A DNA stretch of 64,000 nucleotides from Octopus sinensis (GCF_006345805.1 NC_043011.1:63996464-64060463); one strand, 5' to 3'; positions 44,894 to 59,402 are shown, numbered from the stretch's first letter. Notes: generated from the sequence alone by a model not told the origin. Numbers and translations: made by a program.

Positions 44894-47377
44894 GTCAGAC
44901 ATAGATCTCACATTTGTTTTAGCAATTAAAATAATTTGCAAGGCCAATTTCTCATCAGTGACCATGCCATAACACTAACATATAATTAAGAGACGAATAA
45001 CACGTATCTCATCGCTATACATTATAATTTTTCAAATTCACTGCGCAATCGCAGTTTCAATTCGCAGTAAATGAATATATGCTGAACTATTCTTCTAAAA
45101 ATTGCTAAAAACATATACGCAGAATAAATATTGGGTAGCGAGTTTTTTTTTTTCTAAACTTCACTACCAGTGGCCTAGCATGTATAAAAATCAATAGACA
45201 ACATATTCTCATATATATATAATATATATATAATATATATATATATATATTATATATATATATATATATATATCATATATATACGTGTGTGTGTGTGTGT
45301 GTAACCACATGTAAATTGTTGGCGATTTTTCCCTCCGTCTTTGGACTTTCCTCTGTCTCCTTTCTTTGAAGAGGAGTTTCGCCCGAAACGTAAAACCACC
45401 TTTCATTCCTTCTCTGAGCATCTGCTTATACTTTACTTGTATCGCGTCCTCACGCTGTTGCTTTTAAGCATTTGTTCTTCGCATTGTTATTCTCTCTCTC
45501 TCTCTCTCTAAATATATATATACATATACACATATATTGAAAGATACATATAATTAGATGAGACGAAACATACGTGTACCTAATAAATGTCTAAAATGAA
45601 ATTCATCTATATACAGATCATTAGTGTAACAATGGCATCCAGACACATGGCATAGAACATGACTGAAAACCTACAGCAGTTTTATAGTGTAATAAAATGT
45701 TATGTTTAGAATACCACGTTATACTTGAATTCCCAGCCTGTTCAAGGCATTAAAGTGTTAATATATTGTCCTAAGCCAGTGCATTTAACGTGGTGTTATG
45801 TTATTTTAAATATTCTATGTCATTGCTTGGTGAATTAAAACAAACTTCTTCTATATACGACGGGTGCTCAAATGTTTGGAAGCAAATTATTAATGCGTTT
45901 TGTGCAGTAATATGTTCTACGAATAAAGCATATTATTGGTGAAGATGTTGGCAGCAGGGATTTTATAAACAAAGGCATGTAAATGTATCAAGGTTCCACA
46001 AATAATTTTGATACTGCGGTAAGGAGTTTTATAGTGGTAAAGATCACATAATGGACACGCGGAATTTCTTCACGGAGGCCAGCTGCCGAAGACGTTAGTA
46101 CCCTGGGAAATATGCTTAGCAGCATTTCTTCCCCCTCAACGATCCGAGTTCGAATTTCACCGAGGTCGACTTTGTCTTTCGCCTCTTTTTCGGGCTGAGT
46201 TGATGTAACTAACTAGCTCCATACACCAAGTTAACTGGACTTTTGCCAAAATATGAAACCAATATTATCATAGTGATTAGTTAATATTCAAGATTAGTAC
46301 AGATAAAATATTAATCGATATCATTGAATTCTCTTAATTGGCGTTATTAAAAGTTTAAATATGAATTCATACACAAGTATCCATCAGTTTCTATTGACAT
46401 TTTAACATTTTTTTGTGTGTTGTCAAAAATTGGATTCATAAGACATCATTGCAGTTAAACAAATCTACGGGAAATTCTTTTGTCCCAAATTGAAATGTCT
46501 ATTGCACCCATTCAATTCACAATGGAGACAGTTCTATTCTTAGATTGTTTTTAAAGAACTTGTATTACATAACCACAATATACGTGCTATTTCATTTATG
46601 AAGCTCCGTTTCTAGGAAACAAGCATCAGCGTTGACTTTGAGAAACTACTAGTATTGATACACCGTTCGAGCATGCGTGACGATGAGATTGCATCTAGAA
46701 AGTTACCTTTCAGAGCACAAGTCACAGCAAGATTATTTATGGAAGACCAGTAGTCATCCATGCATATCAACCTCCCCTCCCCACTGCACTCCACTGACGT
46801 CATCGAAGTCAAATGCAAAGGTCGATATAGCTTGGCACTAGGGAACGTTGCAACACATCACTGTAGCTGGGGCAAAGTGAAATAAAGCGTTTTGCTCAAC
46901 AACACAACACATAGCCGGGACCAGGAATCGAACTCACTGCCTCGTAATTGTGAACCTGACGCTTTAACCACAAAGCCATGTCTTATCTATGTAAATGTGT
47001 AAAGGAAATATGTTTACGTAAACTTTAGATGAGATATTGTAATTTTTACTAGATTCCATTTTCATTTAAGAATTTCCAAGCATAGAAATTTGTTTTCCAC
47101 GCACCCAAGATATCATTGTGTTTCCTACATTAGAGAGTTTTAAATGATTATATGCTCAGGTTAATTAATCTAATCAGTAAAAACGGAACTACACGACATT
47201 GGAAAGAAAGGATATGTAACATTATTTACCTTACCATATGTTCCTTTCATTTACCAACATGCCTAAGATAAGATTTAGAATAATACAAATAATTTGATGA
47301 ATAATACATATATACTTATACATAAATGCATACATGTATAAACATATATGCACACACCCTACATATATATATATTAT

Positions 47378-47434
<57 letters not shown>

Positions 47435-49191
47435 GGGATTTTTATATAAGCTTAAAGCCTCTGTCAACCACCGTGAAATGGCACCGTGTAAAAACCATTC
47501 GCACCGAAATATATATATATATATATATTGGCTGTGAGGTAAGTAGCTTGCTAACCAACCACATGGTTCCGGGTTCAGTCCCACTGCGTGGCATCTTGGG
47601 CAAGTGTCTTCTGCTATAGCCTCGGGCCGACCAAAGCCTTGTGAGTGGATTTGGTAGACGGAAACTGAAAGAAGCCTGTCGTATATAATTATATATATAT
47701 ATATATGTATGTGTGTTTGTTTGTGTGTCTGTGTTTGTCCCCTTAGCATTGCTTGACAACCGATACTGGTGTGTTTACGTCTCCGTCACTTAGCGGTTCG
47801 GCAAAAAGAGACCGATAGAATAAGTACTGGGCTTACAAAAAAAGAATAAGTCCCGGGGTCGAGTTGCTCGACTAAAGGCGATGCTCCAGCATGGCCGCAG
47901 TCAAATGACTGAAACAAGTAAAATAGTAAAGTAGTAATAGTATACAATATGGGTGTTTAGTTCCGAGGTTATAGCCGAGACGGTAGTTATCGAGCCAGAG
48001 AGCAACAAACGACAAGGCAAAGCAAATGACTCAAGTGATGTATATTAGTAGTATTGGAAAAGATTCAAAGTCTCACAGCTGTATCTAGCACAAACTTGTG
48101 TAAGGGTTATTCCGTCTTCGGAGAAAAATAAGGAAAAATGAGAAGGGTGTAGATTAAGGAAATGAATCCTAGAGGAAGGAGTAAAGGAATAAGGAGGTGA
48201 ACAAAGAGAAGACAAAAGAATCATAAAAGTTCAGTGCAACCCTGCGTAAATCTATGTGGCTTAAGGTCCTGACATCGTGAAAACAGACGTGAACATATCA
48301 ATGCTCAATAACAGAATGGTAGCGGAGGTGGCTATTAAATGGTAAAAAGAACGAAAAGTAAATAAATAGAAAGAGAGGTAGATAGAGTGAGGGGGAAAGT
48401 TAAGGATTGGCTTCATGCATAAAAGTAATGCATATAAACAGTGTCTAACAATATAGTGTACAAAGATAGCCGAGAAGATAAGAGAGAGGAGGAGGAGGTA
48501 GAGGAAGATAACACAAAAAATATACAAAGTACAGCAAAATGAAAGGAATTTAAAGCGTGTAGTAGGTGCCAGTGCTATTCTTCAAGTCTATAGGGATGGG
48601 AAAGAAATCTAGTAGTAAATAATTGTATCCGTTCTGGCTAAGGTCAGTGGTTGTAGAGTTATTTTTAGCAATGATGTTATGGTTTCTACGTAGAGGTTAA
48701 TGGAGTAACAAGTTGAAAAATTATTTAGGTGTAGGAGTTTGAATTAAATATTAGGCAATTTAATAGGTTAATGCTTAAAAATAAATTTTAAAATTAATAT
48801 TAATCTTATGAAGTTAGGTTGATAGAAGAGAGGATTAAGTGTAAATGATAATGGTTGTTTGCATGTGGGTGTTATTCGTTGGGCGAAATTACATTTAAAG
48901 AAGTTGCAAGTACGGAAGAATTTCTCCCTATGCAATGTGTAGACTTCGTAGTGTTTATTAAGTAATTGTGGTGAGTTATGGGTTAAAATTTTGAGGGCTT
49001 AACATAATATTTCATTATAACTCTTACTCCTAAAAACTTAACATTCAAATAATTTTTTTGCATTCATGATGTCAACACACCCACAAACCCATTGCTAAAA
49101 ATAACTCAAGAATGACAAAGTATATGACTTAAGATGTTTGCCTTGCCTTAACGTTTGGTGTCCACTTTAATATATACATACATATATATAT

Positions 49192-49249
<58 letters not shown>

Positions 49250-50294
49250 TAATATAATAACATTTAATAAATAAAACGTATGCATACATACATACACACA
49301 TATATGTACATACCTACATCTATATGTATGTAGACATGAATATATGAGTACAGGACACTACATATAGACGTAGAACACAACAAGAAACGAAAACATAAAA
49401 TCAAACAAGGAAACGGACTTTTTTAACAACGAAAAAACAGAGTACAAGACCAACAATACAAGGAATGAATATTCCCCTTCATCAGTTGCCCCTGTTTCGA
49501 CTCAATGCGTGTTTCGAAGGTAAGGGCAGAACACGATCCGGCCGAAGTAGCCCTTCTTGCAAAACGAATCAAATATAATTCTTTTGCAGAAGGGCTAAAA
49601 AATGTGGCAAGAACAGGACGTAAAAACAATACAAATGAAAAAAAAAACAGTACAAATAAAGAATGAAAAAAGACAAGGAAACCAATAATAAGGGCTTTTT
49701 TAAAGCCTAGACGGTGGAAAAATTCGTTAGAACGCATTGTGAAGGTCGGCTTGCGGAAGAGAGAAAAAAAACGATGTTGACTTGTTGAAAGCAGTGGGTA
49801 GAAAGAAAGTTAGTAGTCGTTCCGCCAGTAGGAGGACAAGTGAGAGAGAGAGAGAGAGGAGGAGGAGTGAGAGAGAGAGGAGGAGGAGGAGTGAGGGAGA
49901 GGAAAAGAAATCAGAAAAGGTGAAAAATAAGGAGAGAGACAGGTATAGAGGAAGACAGACAGGCAGGGAGGAAAGGTCAAGTAAAGAGTTAAGAGTGCAC
50001 GTCATAATTATTTAAATAAAAACTTACTTGCAGAAGAAGAAACGACGGGTGGCGTTCAATCATATAATAGCAATTTAATAAATACAACATATGCATACAT
50101 ACATACATATATGTACATATATGTATATATACATGCATATATGAGTACAGGACACCACACATAGACGTAGAACACAACGAGAAACATAAAAACATAAAAT
50201 CAAACAAGGAAACGGACTTTTTTTAGCAACGAAAAAACAGAGTACAGACAACAATACAAGGAATATTCCCTTCGTGTATACACCACACATAATA

Positions 50295-50339
<45 letters not shown>

Positions 50340-50906
50340 TATATATATATTATATATATATATACATATATATGCACATATATATATACATGTGTATATG
50401 CATATGTATATATACATATATACACAGACACATATATATGAATTTTCATGTATACATATATATATTTATGTTTAATGTACCTATATATTAAATATATATA
50501 ATATAGAGATTTGTATATATATGTGTGTGTATGTGTATGTGTCTGTGTTTATTTCTCTGTGTGTGTATTTCTGTGTGTCAGCATATAATAATATAATGTA
50601 ATAAACACCTGTCACAAATGTTTCTTTATTGAAGTAGTCGAGGCAAAGAATGCAGTAGTCGTTACGCAAAGCCCAGATGAAATTCTGTATTTTGTTTTCG
50701 ATTTTATTTGTTGTTAGGTACCGTATCCCATGCTCATCATATTTCCATGGCTGTTTATATTCCGTCAATAGTGAAATGTTTGATTTACTGATAAATCGCT
50801 TACTCTCTCACTTTTCCGTTACATATGTATCCATACACACAACTACATATGTGTGTGTGTACCTGGGCGTGTGTCTTTGTACGTTTAGCAGACACTCAGG
50901 TAAGGA

Positions 50907-50937
<31 letters not shown>

Positions 50938-50963
50938 GAGATAGGTAGATAAATAGATAGATA

Positions 50964-51026
<63 letters not shown>

Positions 51027-51914
51027 CTTACCTGAGCATCTGCTAAACGTAGATGGCCTTGACCTTGATTGCACCGTACAGTTAGACTTGATGATGTCAA
51101 CGTAGAGCTACACATCCTTAGTTTTCGTCTGCCATCATCGGTCTTGCATGCAGCGGAGCTCTCACTGGATCTAGTTTGACTGAGCCTCTATCCGCCGTGC
51201 CGATAGGAACAGATAAGCTGCTTCTGCAAATCAACGTACCCTATTCTCTCATGATCCAATATTGCACGTACTGTCCCTTCATTGTCATCAAACTAGTTAT
51301 CATGAAGCGTTTAGTTTGTGATCAGAACTCTTTCCTTTCTCTCAGTGACGACTTCTTTGAAATGGTTCCACTTTTCCTTTAGTCCACCAGTTAGTGTAAT
51401 AAAATACTTCAAGTGTAATACAACACTTCGCAAAAGTCGCCTTCGTGTAAAAGCACCTATAGAAGGGAATATGACCAAAGACTGCGAGCACCCCATCCAA
51501 TGCAGCTGTGGTAGCTTCTACAAAGGCGAAACATGCCGCCCTTCAGAATAAGTGAAGACGAACATCACAATGCTGTGACACGAGGAGATATTGATGAATC
51601 GGATATCGCTGATCATATATCGAAAAATGGGGACCACCTCCACCTGTGGGATGAAGTTAAATTAATAGACAGAAAACACCACTGGAAAATCCGAAAACTA
51701 TAAGGAGCACATATGACAGGACACAACAACGTCATAAGCAGACAGATCAAAGTTATACGTAGCACATGGGAACTGGCATTAAGGAAGGATAGGAAAATGT
51801 TAGATTTATAAGCCCTAAAATTCACTCCATAGTAATTGCCCATGGGCATATGGTGTAGTGGTTAAAAGCGCGGGCTAATAACCACAAAAATCCGAGTTCA
51901 ATTCCAAGAAGTGA

Positions 51915-51949
<35 letters not shown>

Positions 51950-53554
51950 TCGAAAAATACCTTAGGAATTAGAACCCAGGTTCGAAATTTCCCCAAGACT
52001 CCTGAAGAAGGCTGGGGTGTATATCAGCCGAAACGTTTTGTCAACAACAAACAAAATGAGGACAAATATCCGTCGAATGTAAATAATGCAAATTATGTAC
52101 ATAATTCCTCATCTCATAACTGTATTATCTATACTCATGATCTTCACTAAAGCTTTCTTTATGTTTTAGAAGAGTATATTTTTATGTTTAGCCTTCCTTG
52201 GACTCGCTTAGAATGCTTTAGTTTGCAGTAGGACTGTTTCTTTCGACGCCATCATCTGGCTAGCCAAGCTATGACAGCGTCTCCGATCGTATGGAAATCG
52301 GACAGTCAAGTGTCAGAAAGAGACTAAGCTGTAAGAAGGAGTGTGAGAAGTAGATAGATAGATAGATAGAGAGAGAGAGGGGACAGAGAGAGATTCACGT
52401 CAGGTTGTTTGTCCTGCGCTCAATGGCATTTTTTTCTATGACAAATAGCATGAATATCATATCAGGAACATTGATAAATTTAGCAAATGTTCTACATATA
52501 AGAATAAATTTACTATCATTTTAAGGATTATAATCATACAGCCAGTCTTCGTATCAGATTTCTTGATCATCAAAGAGTAGCAATAACACAAAAACAAATG
52601 ACATAATGATAGATGAAAATTCAAAAGGAATTTGAATTATCTTTATATTATTCATCTTCACACCAGAAGACATTTAATCTCTATCCAAAGAGACACTCAA
52701 ATCTTGTTCATATGCAAGCACTGTAATAAATTAGTAAACACAGTCTTTCTATAATTAACACATGATATGTGCGCCATCAAATAACTTCAGATAATTATTA
52801 GCAATACACGAGAGGGGAATTTGGTGAGCTAGAAGAATCATTCGGGCGCTGGTTAAAATGTATGGCGTCATTTCTTCAGACTTTAAATTCTTTCTCATTT
52901 CACTTGCGGCTGATGCCGATTTCGCCTTTCGTACATACGAGGCCGATGTAATAAGTACCATTCAATCAACTGGTTCGATGTAGTTGTTTTACCCGTACTC
53001 CAAAGTAATGAAGTCGGTATTTGTTTAAAGGATACGACACCAGATTGTCTAAATCATTAACACACCAGGTGAAATGCATGGCGTCATTATGTCTAACTTT
53101 ACGTTCTGATTTTAAATTCTTCCGAGACTCAGTTTGTCTTTTACTATTTCGAGGCCAAAGAAATACGTAGTAGATTATTGGCCTTATGCTAAAATTAGAA
53201 ACCAATATTTATTTAAGTGCAGCATTATAAACAAAATATAAAGTTCTGTACAAAGAATATCATTTAATAAATTATAAATAAAAGGTTCTCTGTGCATTTT
53301 AGGTGTGAAGACGGACATACTTTGTCCGCTATTAGCAGAAAGGCACTGTAAGCTTCCCAAGCATCTTTTTACTAATGATAAATATGATCCCACGTTTTGC
53401 AGGTATATATATTTTAACACTTACTTCTACCGAGATACTCAATAACTAAACATTTATTGGTAGATACGTTTCTCATCCTTTCTATGAATATCTGACTATC
53501 CATGTCTCCATTTGATACACACGCAAACATACACCCACCTACGTACATATATAG

Positions 53555-53615
<61 letters not shown>

Positions 53616-55256
53616 GTCTGTATATATCGTTATATATATATATATATATATATATATCTGATAAGATATTGATCGGTTTGTGCTATAGCAAAAAATACTG
53701 CCCAATGAGCCTCGGAGTGGTACCGAAACCTAGAACCACAGGCTTGGAAAGTGACCTTCTTAAATCCAAATACATAAAGCACCTGTAAAACTAATTAAAT
53801 AATTCACTAAACTGTTTGCAATATAATATTTTTCATCGCTTTACGATAAATGATATTACTCGATAATTTGTTTTAATTCAGGAAATTCTATAAGGTGAGA
53901 CATTGCCTCTTCGGAGTGACCAATGAGTGTGATATACTTTACAGATCATTGATTTTGAAAAAATGTTCGGTAAGTTAGCTTTATTACATCTCTTGATTGT
54001 AAGCCCTGCTATTTTGGAGAAGCGGGCACAGTGCTATATTTACGTTTTGTAATGTATTCTGTTTCTTCATATCGGTATCAAATTTTCGCAGAAGCACAGC
54101 AATTTCAGGGCAGGAGTACCTCGATTACACTGACCCTAGTGCTCAGCTCGTACTTATGTTATCGACCCCGTAAGAATGACAGTCTAAGTGGCCCTCGGTG
54201 GAATTTCATCTCAGAATACAATGACAGACGAAATGCGCAATGCACATTGTCTGGTTAAGGATTCTGCTACCTCATCAGTGTTTTGTCTGTTCATATTACC
54301 TGATATTGTAGTATTTTGTAATACAAATGACTAGAGAGGCGACTAAAAATTATGACTTCTCTCATGAATATTGAGAACAATTTTTATCACCCAATAGATT
54401 TCAAAATCCCCCAAATTTTATCACCCTGTATATTCCAAAATACCCAAAACTTTATCACCCAATAGATTCCAAAATCCCCAAAATTTTATCACCCAGTAGA
54501 TTCCGAAATCCCCAAAATGTTATCACCCAGTAGATTCCAAAATCCCCAAAATTTTATCACCCAATAGATTCCAAAATCCCCAAAATTTCATCACCCAATA
54601 GATTCCAAAATCCCCAAAATTTTATCACCCAATAGATCCCAGAAAGCCCAAAAAGAAGTCGGGAATCTAATAAGAATAAGATTCTGAAAACCACTTGTCC
54701 GAGAAAAATAATCATACTAGAGAATAAGTCGGTCATAAATATGTCTAAACTAAAACCTTCGCCTGACGATGTCTCAGTCGTGTGGCTTGGACTGGGTTTC
54801 TGCCCAAGCACTTAGATTTTGGATAAGAATAAACTGGCTCAAGGGTTATTTCAGTCTCTATTTTCGCCTAATATAAAATTAAAACTTAATGATTCATGTT
54901 ATCATCAAAGTGTAGACACTAGTTGTGCCCGATCATACTTTAGATTTGAATCTCTATAGTTTTGAAGTGTATCTCCTTCTCCGTACGGAGCCTACATTAG
55001 ACTTCAGTGGAGATATAGAGAGAAACACTGTCTTTCAAACCATATAACTTTCCTCTGGCGATGTAGAGATAAAAATCTAAAACAACCTGGCTTCAATATA
55101 ATGACACCAGTGTATACATATAAAGGTATAAGAGTAGCGGAAAGGGCAGGACGTGCCCTTGTCTCTGAGACGATCCATTACAACCGCTGGAAAAGACAGC
55201 ACTTTCTATTTTGAACTCAAGAAAGACAGCCTTGGTGCTGAAATATCGCACAACTA

Positions 55257-55311
<55 letters not shown>

Positions 55312-55521
55312 TAATAATAATAATAATAATAATAAAAATAAAAATAAAGATAATAATAATAATAATAATAATAATAATATAATAGCTACATTATTCTATA
55401 CACGTTTACACAAATTCTGATAAGCGATATATATATATATGGTTTGGCTTTTGGCTACTCCTTCTAGCGTGCTAGGTGTCCTATGATGATCGTCACCTCT
55501 TATGTGTTTCTATCTATCTAT

Positions 55522-55599
<78 letters not shown>

Positions 55600-55896
55600 A
55601 TTTTTAAATTATAAGATAATTCATTCAATTACTCAAATATTCATATATATATATGTACGTATTTATGTATGTATACTTGCTAATAGTTCTTAGTCATGTC
55701 TGGATATTAGAGTTGAGTAACTTAATAGAAAGCCATGGCAAACATATCTGCGTTACTTTTGACACCATTCCAAACTCAAGTAGCGGAAAATCATTTTGGT
55801 GGGTATATCAGGGTTACTCTTTTTTACTTTAATTATTCTATACTTTCTGTTCTTGATACAACCATTTCTTGATTCCAGAGCCCTGATATGATTTAA
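44857..55896 (+). CDS. Gene C: divergent paralog, 80-aa predicted secreted six-cysteine protein (join 44857-44893, 53303-53402, 53882-53969, 55879-55896)
   Basis: [80 protein letters not shown]. Same 37/100/88/39-nt exon sizes and all six Cys, but only 15 of 63 residues identical to A. The exon 1 donor (gtcaga) is weak, so exon 1 is the least certain. Confidence 0.75.
47531..47925 (+). mobile_element. tRNA-derived SINE (octopus-type), near full length
   Basis: Pol III-type head, internal (TA)/(TG) tract, 3' tail ...gcagtcaaatgactgaaacaagtaaaa. Confidence 0.88.
51400..51790 (+). mobile_element. Penelope-like GIY-YIG endonuclease relic
   Basis: [16 protein letters not shown]...[35 protein letters not shown]. 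Confidence 0.8.
51844..52115 (+). mobile_element. tRNA-headed short element with (TAA)n and a hammerhead motif (51997-52042)
   Basis: A box TGGTGTAGTGG at 51851, B box GAGTTCAATTCC at 51894, then CUGAAGA A GGCUG-loop-CAGCC GAA ACGU U; stem I partly mutated. Confidence 0.75.
53303..53402 (+). CDS. Gene C exon 2 (100 nt)
   Basis: ttttag|GT GTG AAG...TTT TGC AG|gtatat; Cys spacing identical to A and B. Confidence 0.88.
53882..53969 (+). CDS. Gene C exon 3 (88 nt)
   Basis: attcag|G AAA TTC...TGT TCG|gtaagt; C-x7-C-x11-C as in A and B. Confidence 0.85.
54378..54650. repeat. 34-bp minisatellite, about 8 copies, in intron 3 of gene C
   Basis: Unit aaaattttatcacccaatagattccaaaatcccc repeated head to tail without spacers. 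Confidence 0.9.
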
Positions 55897-55917
55897 AGTA
55901 CAACCAGTCAAAATCAG
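55879..55917 (+). CDS. Gene C exon 4 (39 nt; TAA stop at 55894-55896)
   Basis: ttccag|AGC CCT GAT ATG ATT TAA...CAG|gtacgt; same size and donor as A exon 4. Confidence 0.7.
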
Positions 55918-56413
55918 GTACGTATACAATGCTACTGAATATCATAAACTATCACTGTGCCTGGCATAGCCATATCCTTTAATTGAGGTTGAACTATCAC
56001 TGATTTAACACTTAATGGTGCCAACAAACCACTTCGTCACACTCATAGATACACTACATGGGTATATATTTTTATATATACTCCAAAATGCCACATAATA
56101 GTCACGTTTCCTGTCATTACCTCGAAATGGATATGATGTCAGGCTATTATAAAAATTACAGAATTGATGTTATCCGACAAAATAATTGATAATTACGTAG
56201 GGTTTATTTAACTTATAGATTTATGTATGTTCTATAGAAAAATATTTACTTATGAGATATTGAATTCTGAATAGACTCTTAGTCTGATATTAATAGATAA
56301 CCATTGCCATTACTCATATGTATAGTTTCGCCTTTGGTACACCTTGTAAGTGGATGATAAAGACAATTATATCAACTACAATGCTCAGCTGCTTCTTATA
56401 TTTTCGTCCCTGA

Positions 56414-56495
<82 letters not shown>

Positions 56496-56852
56496 TAATA
56501 ATAATAATAATAATAATAATAAGAAGAAGAAGAAGAAGAAGAAAAGAAGAAGGATGAGAAGAAGAAGAAGAAAAAGAAGAAGACGACATAATCATATTAA
56601 AACTATAGATAGTATCATTGCAAAATAATCGCTATTCAAAATTTAAAAAAGTGGTGGGGAGGAGGAGATTGCAATATGTTTTCTGATATTACTATAATAG
56701 TGAATGTCATATCAATGAAATATAGATGCGATTACAGTTTTAACTTCATTGTCAATTTTTATCAAACCAATAATATCTAAGAAATGGCACATAAATATGA
56801 AATACTCAGTAGTGCAGTACTTTAGATAAACTTATTTTTATCTTCATTACAG

Positions 56853-56905
56853 GTGATGATGGAACTGATTTGCAGTTGTTGTTAAAACACTTACATCTAA
56901 ATAAA
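56853..56905 (+). other. Gene C terminal exon (now 3' UTR; decayed homolog of the A/B tail exon) with AATAAA
   Basis: attacag|gtgatgatggaactgatttgcagt resembles B gtgacattgataaatcagctgattattgcaagt, with indels; AATAAA at 56900-56905. Confidence 0.6.
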
Positions 56906-57923
56906 GATTATAATGAGATAAATGTGTGTATAAGTTATTTTCATTCCGTATATTTGTTAAGGCTGATTGTCTTATGTCCATAAGTCGAACACTTACTGAC
57001 GTCATCGGGAAAGTAATATCGTCGTGGCAAATGGTGTATCATTATATATACAGATGCGTATACATCGTAAATGTATCCATGTATATTCAAATATTTATTA
57101 ATGCTCGTATTGGATATTTACTTATATCCGTCCATATGTGTGAGAGGCAGTCTGTGTGTGTATATTATACAAAACAAAGCAAGAAAGAAAAACACATACT
57201 TAAACATGAAAGAATTATTCTATTATTCTACTAAATTTGGAAAAAACATTGGTGTTCCGCCCCTATTCGCCGAGCTCTCCCTTCCTCCACCCCCTCGAAC
57301 TTTTCAATATCATTATATACATACATACATATATCGGATGTTTAGGCCTCCAGCCAGGGCTTTCACGATACTCTTAAATTAAGAACCTCTCAGCACACCC
57401 TCTCTCTCACCCTCTCACTCTCTCTCACACACACACACACACACTCACGCATATATATATATATACATATTTACAGGAAATTATTTAATGAAATATATAA
57501 TCGGCAGCATAAAGAATTAAAATATATATTACTTATTGCGATCAATTTATCGAAACAACTTACAAACATATTTGAAATATAGCTAGCAATAAAAAGTAAA
57601 TCAACAATACGATGCAATCTACATTAGAGGCAATATAATAATGTATCTGGATTCAAGGCTATGTAGCAAACATTTATACAAAATTGATGATCTGCGTGTA
57701 TTATTAGGTAAACGAATAGTTTCAAGTACGTGAGGATTACATGCGATAATAATAATCTTATGTTCTAGTAGTATTTGAAAATTAGCTTTTTTCGAAATTC
57801 TCAGTCGGAAATTAATTGCAAAGTTGTTTCAAACACGGTTTGGTATTTCAATCTTTAATTTAAATTTCAAACGAACAGCATTCTTTTTCATTATAAATGA
57901 CCCCCATCCTATATTAATACCTT

Positions 57924-58200
57924 TTACCATTTGGCTGGTTTAGAAAAAATAAAGCTAATCTTGCACACGTTTTCAGCCTCATTTACCTTGTTGGAAGTTG
58001 TTGGTTTTGACGTAAATGGTGTTGTCACCTGTCTTGAAACATCTGGATCTCTTATATGCGACACGTTCTTTGACAGTAGCTCATTAATTTGTTTTGCCAC
58101 TCTCCTTGCATTCAGTCCCATTTTCCAAAGATAGTGTAAAAGAAAAACACGAGGGAGATAACCACTGTTGTGTTATCTTCTTGTCTTCTTTACGAGGGTC
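57924..58200 (-). mobile_element. Mariner-like transposase N-terminal (HTH) relic
   Basis: HYLWKMGLNARRVAKQINE resembles a mariner N-terminal helix-turn-helix; downstream frame broken. Confidence 0.4.
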
Positions 58201-59226
58201 TCTCCTTCAAAGGTTATCTGCTCAAAAAGCCAAATGAAAAACAGTTTATTTCTCAGCTTGAAAAGTTGCGAAATAAATCATTATTTCATCCGGCGAAACC
58301 TAGAGAGCTGTATTTAACACATGATTGATTATTTTTATTATGACCTTATCTTTACTCTCTTAGCTGTTCGAGTGTTTTTATACCTGTTGGAGCATTAGCA
58401 AATAATGTTTTGCTACCATACTGCAGTGGCCATCGTAGATTCCTCTAACGACTGGCGAGGTTTAGACTTTACAATCGGGCGCTCCACTTTACAAATACTT
58501 TTCGCCACTATGAATCTCTTTCATGTGGACAACTGCGCAAAAGTCATCTCTACAGCACCTAACCAAAGTTTACATCAGGATGCTCATAAAGAAAACAGAA
58601 GACTTCGTTAAAATTTTACGCTGGAAGACATCAGAGTTTGATGAAAAATTACCTATAACAGCCACTGAAAATTCCGACGGTGAATCACGGAAATCTTCGC
58701 ATCCTGTCCAAAGTTCATATTCCCTTTGAGACCGATTTAATGAACCATAATTCCACGATTAGGTTTATAAAGTATATTTACGCTAACAGGTGTCAATTTG
58801 GATTGGGTAAAGCTAAACGACTATTTTAAAAGCCCTAATAGTAAGTTTTAAATGTTCTGATAAGACTTACGATGTATACGAAGTTTACTGAGATATACAT
58901 GATAGATTGTTAACTAATACTACAACGTGTAAATACAAGAAATCGCATATAAATATTTATAACACTAATGATATAGAGCATGGGTCACGGAATGTTCTTC
59001 ACCACGGGCCAGATTACGAGTGCGGGCCGCAGAGATATTTTGTTCAATACACTACATGAGTTGAGAATGAGCTAAGCATCGGTACAGTATCGATTACCTG
59101 TTGTTATCGATTGCCTGCTGTTATTGATTACCGGTTGTAGACTTCATTCAGGAACTTCGTATTGGCGGGTGGGGTAAGAGAATTAATATGCGTATATATG
59201 TATATACATATATATATATGTATGTG

Positions 59227-59260
<34 letters not shown>

Positions 59261-59306
59261 CATAGATATATGTGTATATATATATATGTATATATATGTA
59301 TGTATG

Positions 59307-59371
<65 letters not shown>

Positions 59372-59402
59372 TGTATATACATATATATATATTCGTATAT
59401 AT

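Noticed and set aside
49470-49530. Possible type II hammerhead on the minus strand (GAAAC...GTC...CTGATGA)
   Set aside because: Stem I cannot be paired and stems II and III are marginal.
51844-51916. Genuine tRNA gene
   Set aside because: A and B boxes are present but acceptor and anticodon stems do not pair; it is a SINE-type head.
52851-53158. ~100-bp degenerate direct duplication upstream of C exon 2 as possible extra exons
   Set aside because: No consistent splice sites or open phase; treated as a local intronic duplication.
53895-53944. Apparent 50-nt intron splitting C exon 3
   Set aside because: It would delete Cys4 and Cys5; the unsplit 88-nt exon matches A and B exactly.
54378-54650. 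CRISPR-like appearance of 34-bp repeats
   Set aside because: No unique spacers, eukaryotic context and no cas genes.
54944-54966. 23-nt microexon candidate in C resembling the A/B cassette
   Set aside because: It is in a different intron (after exon 3), has a weak donor and only short similarity.
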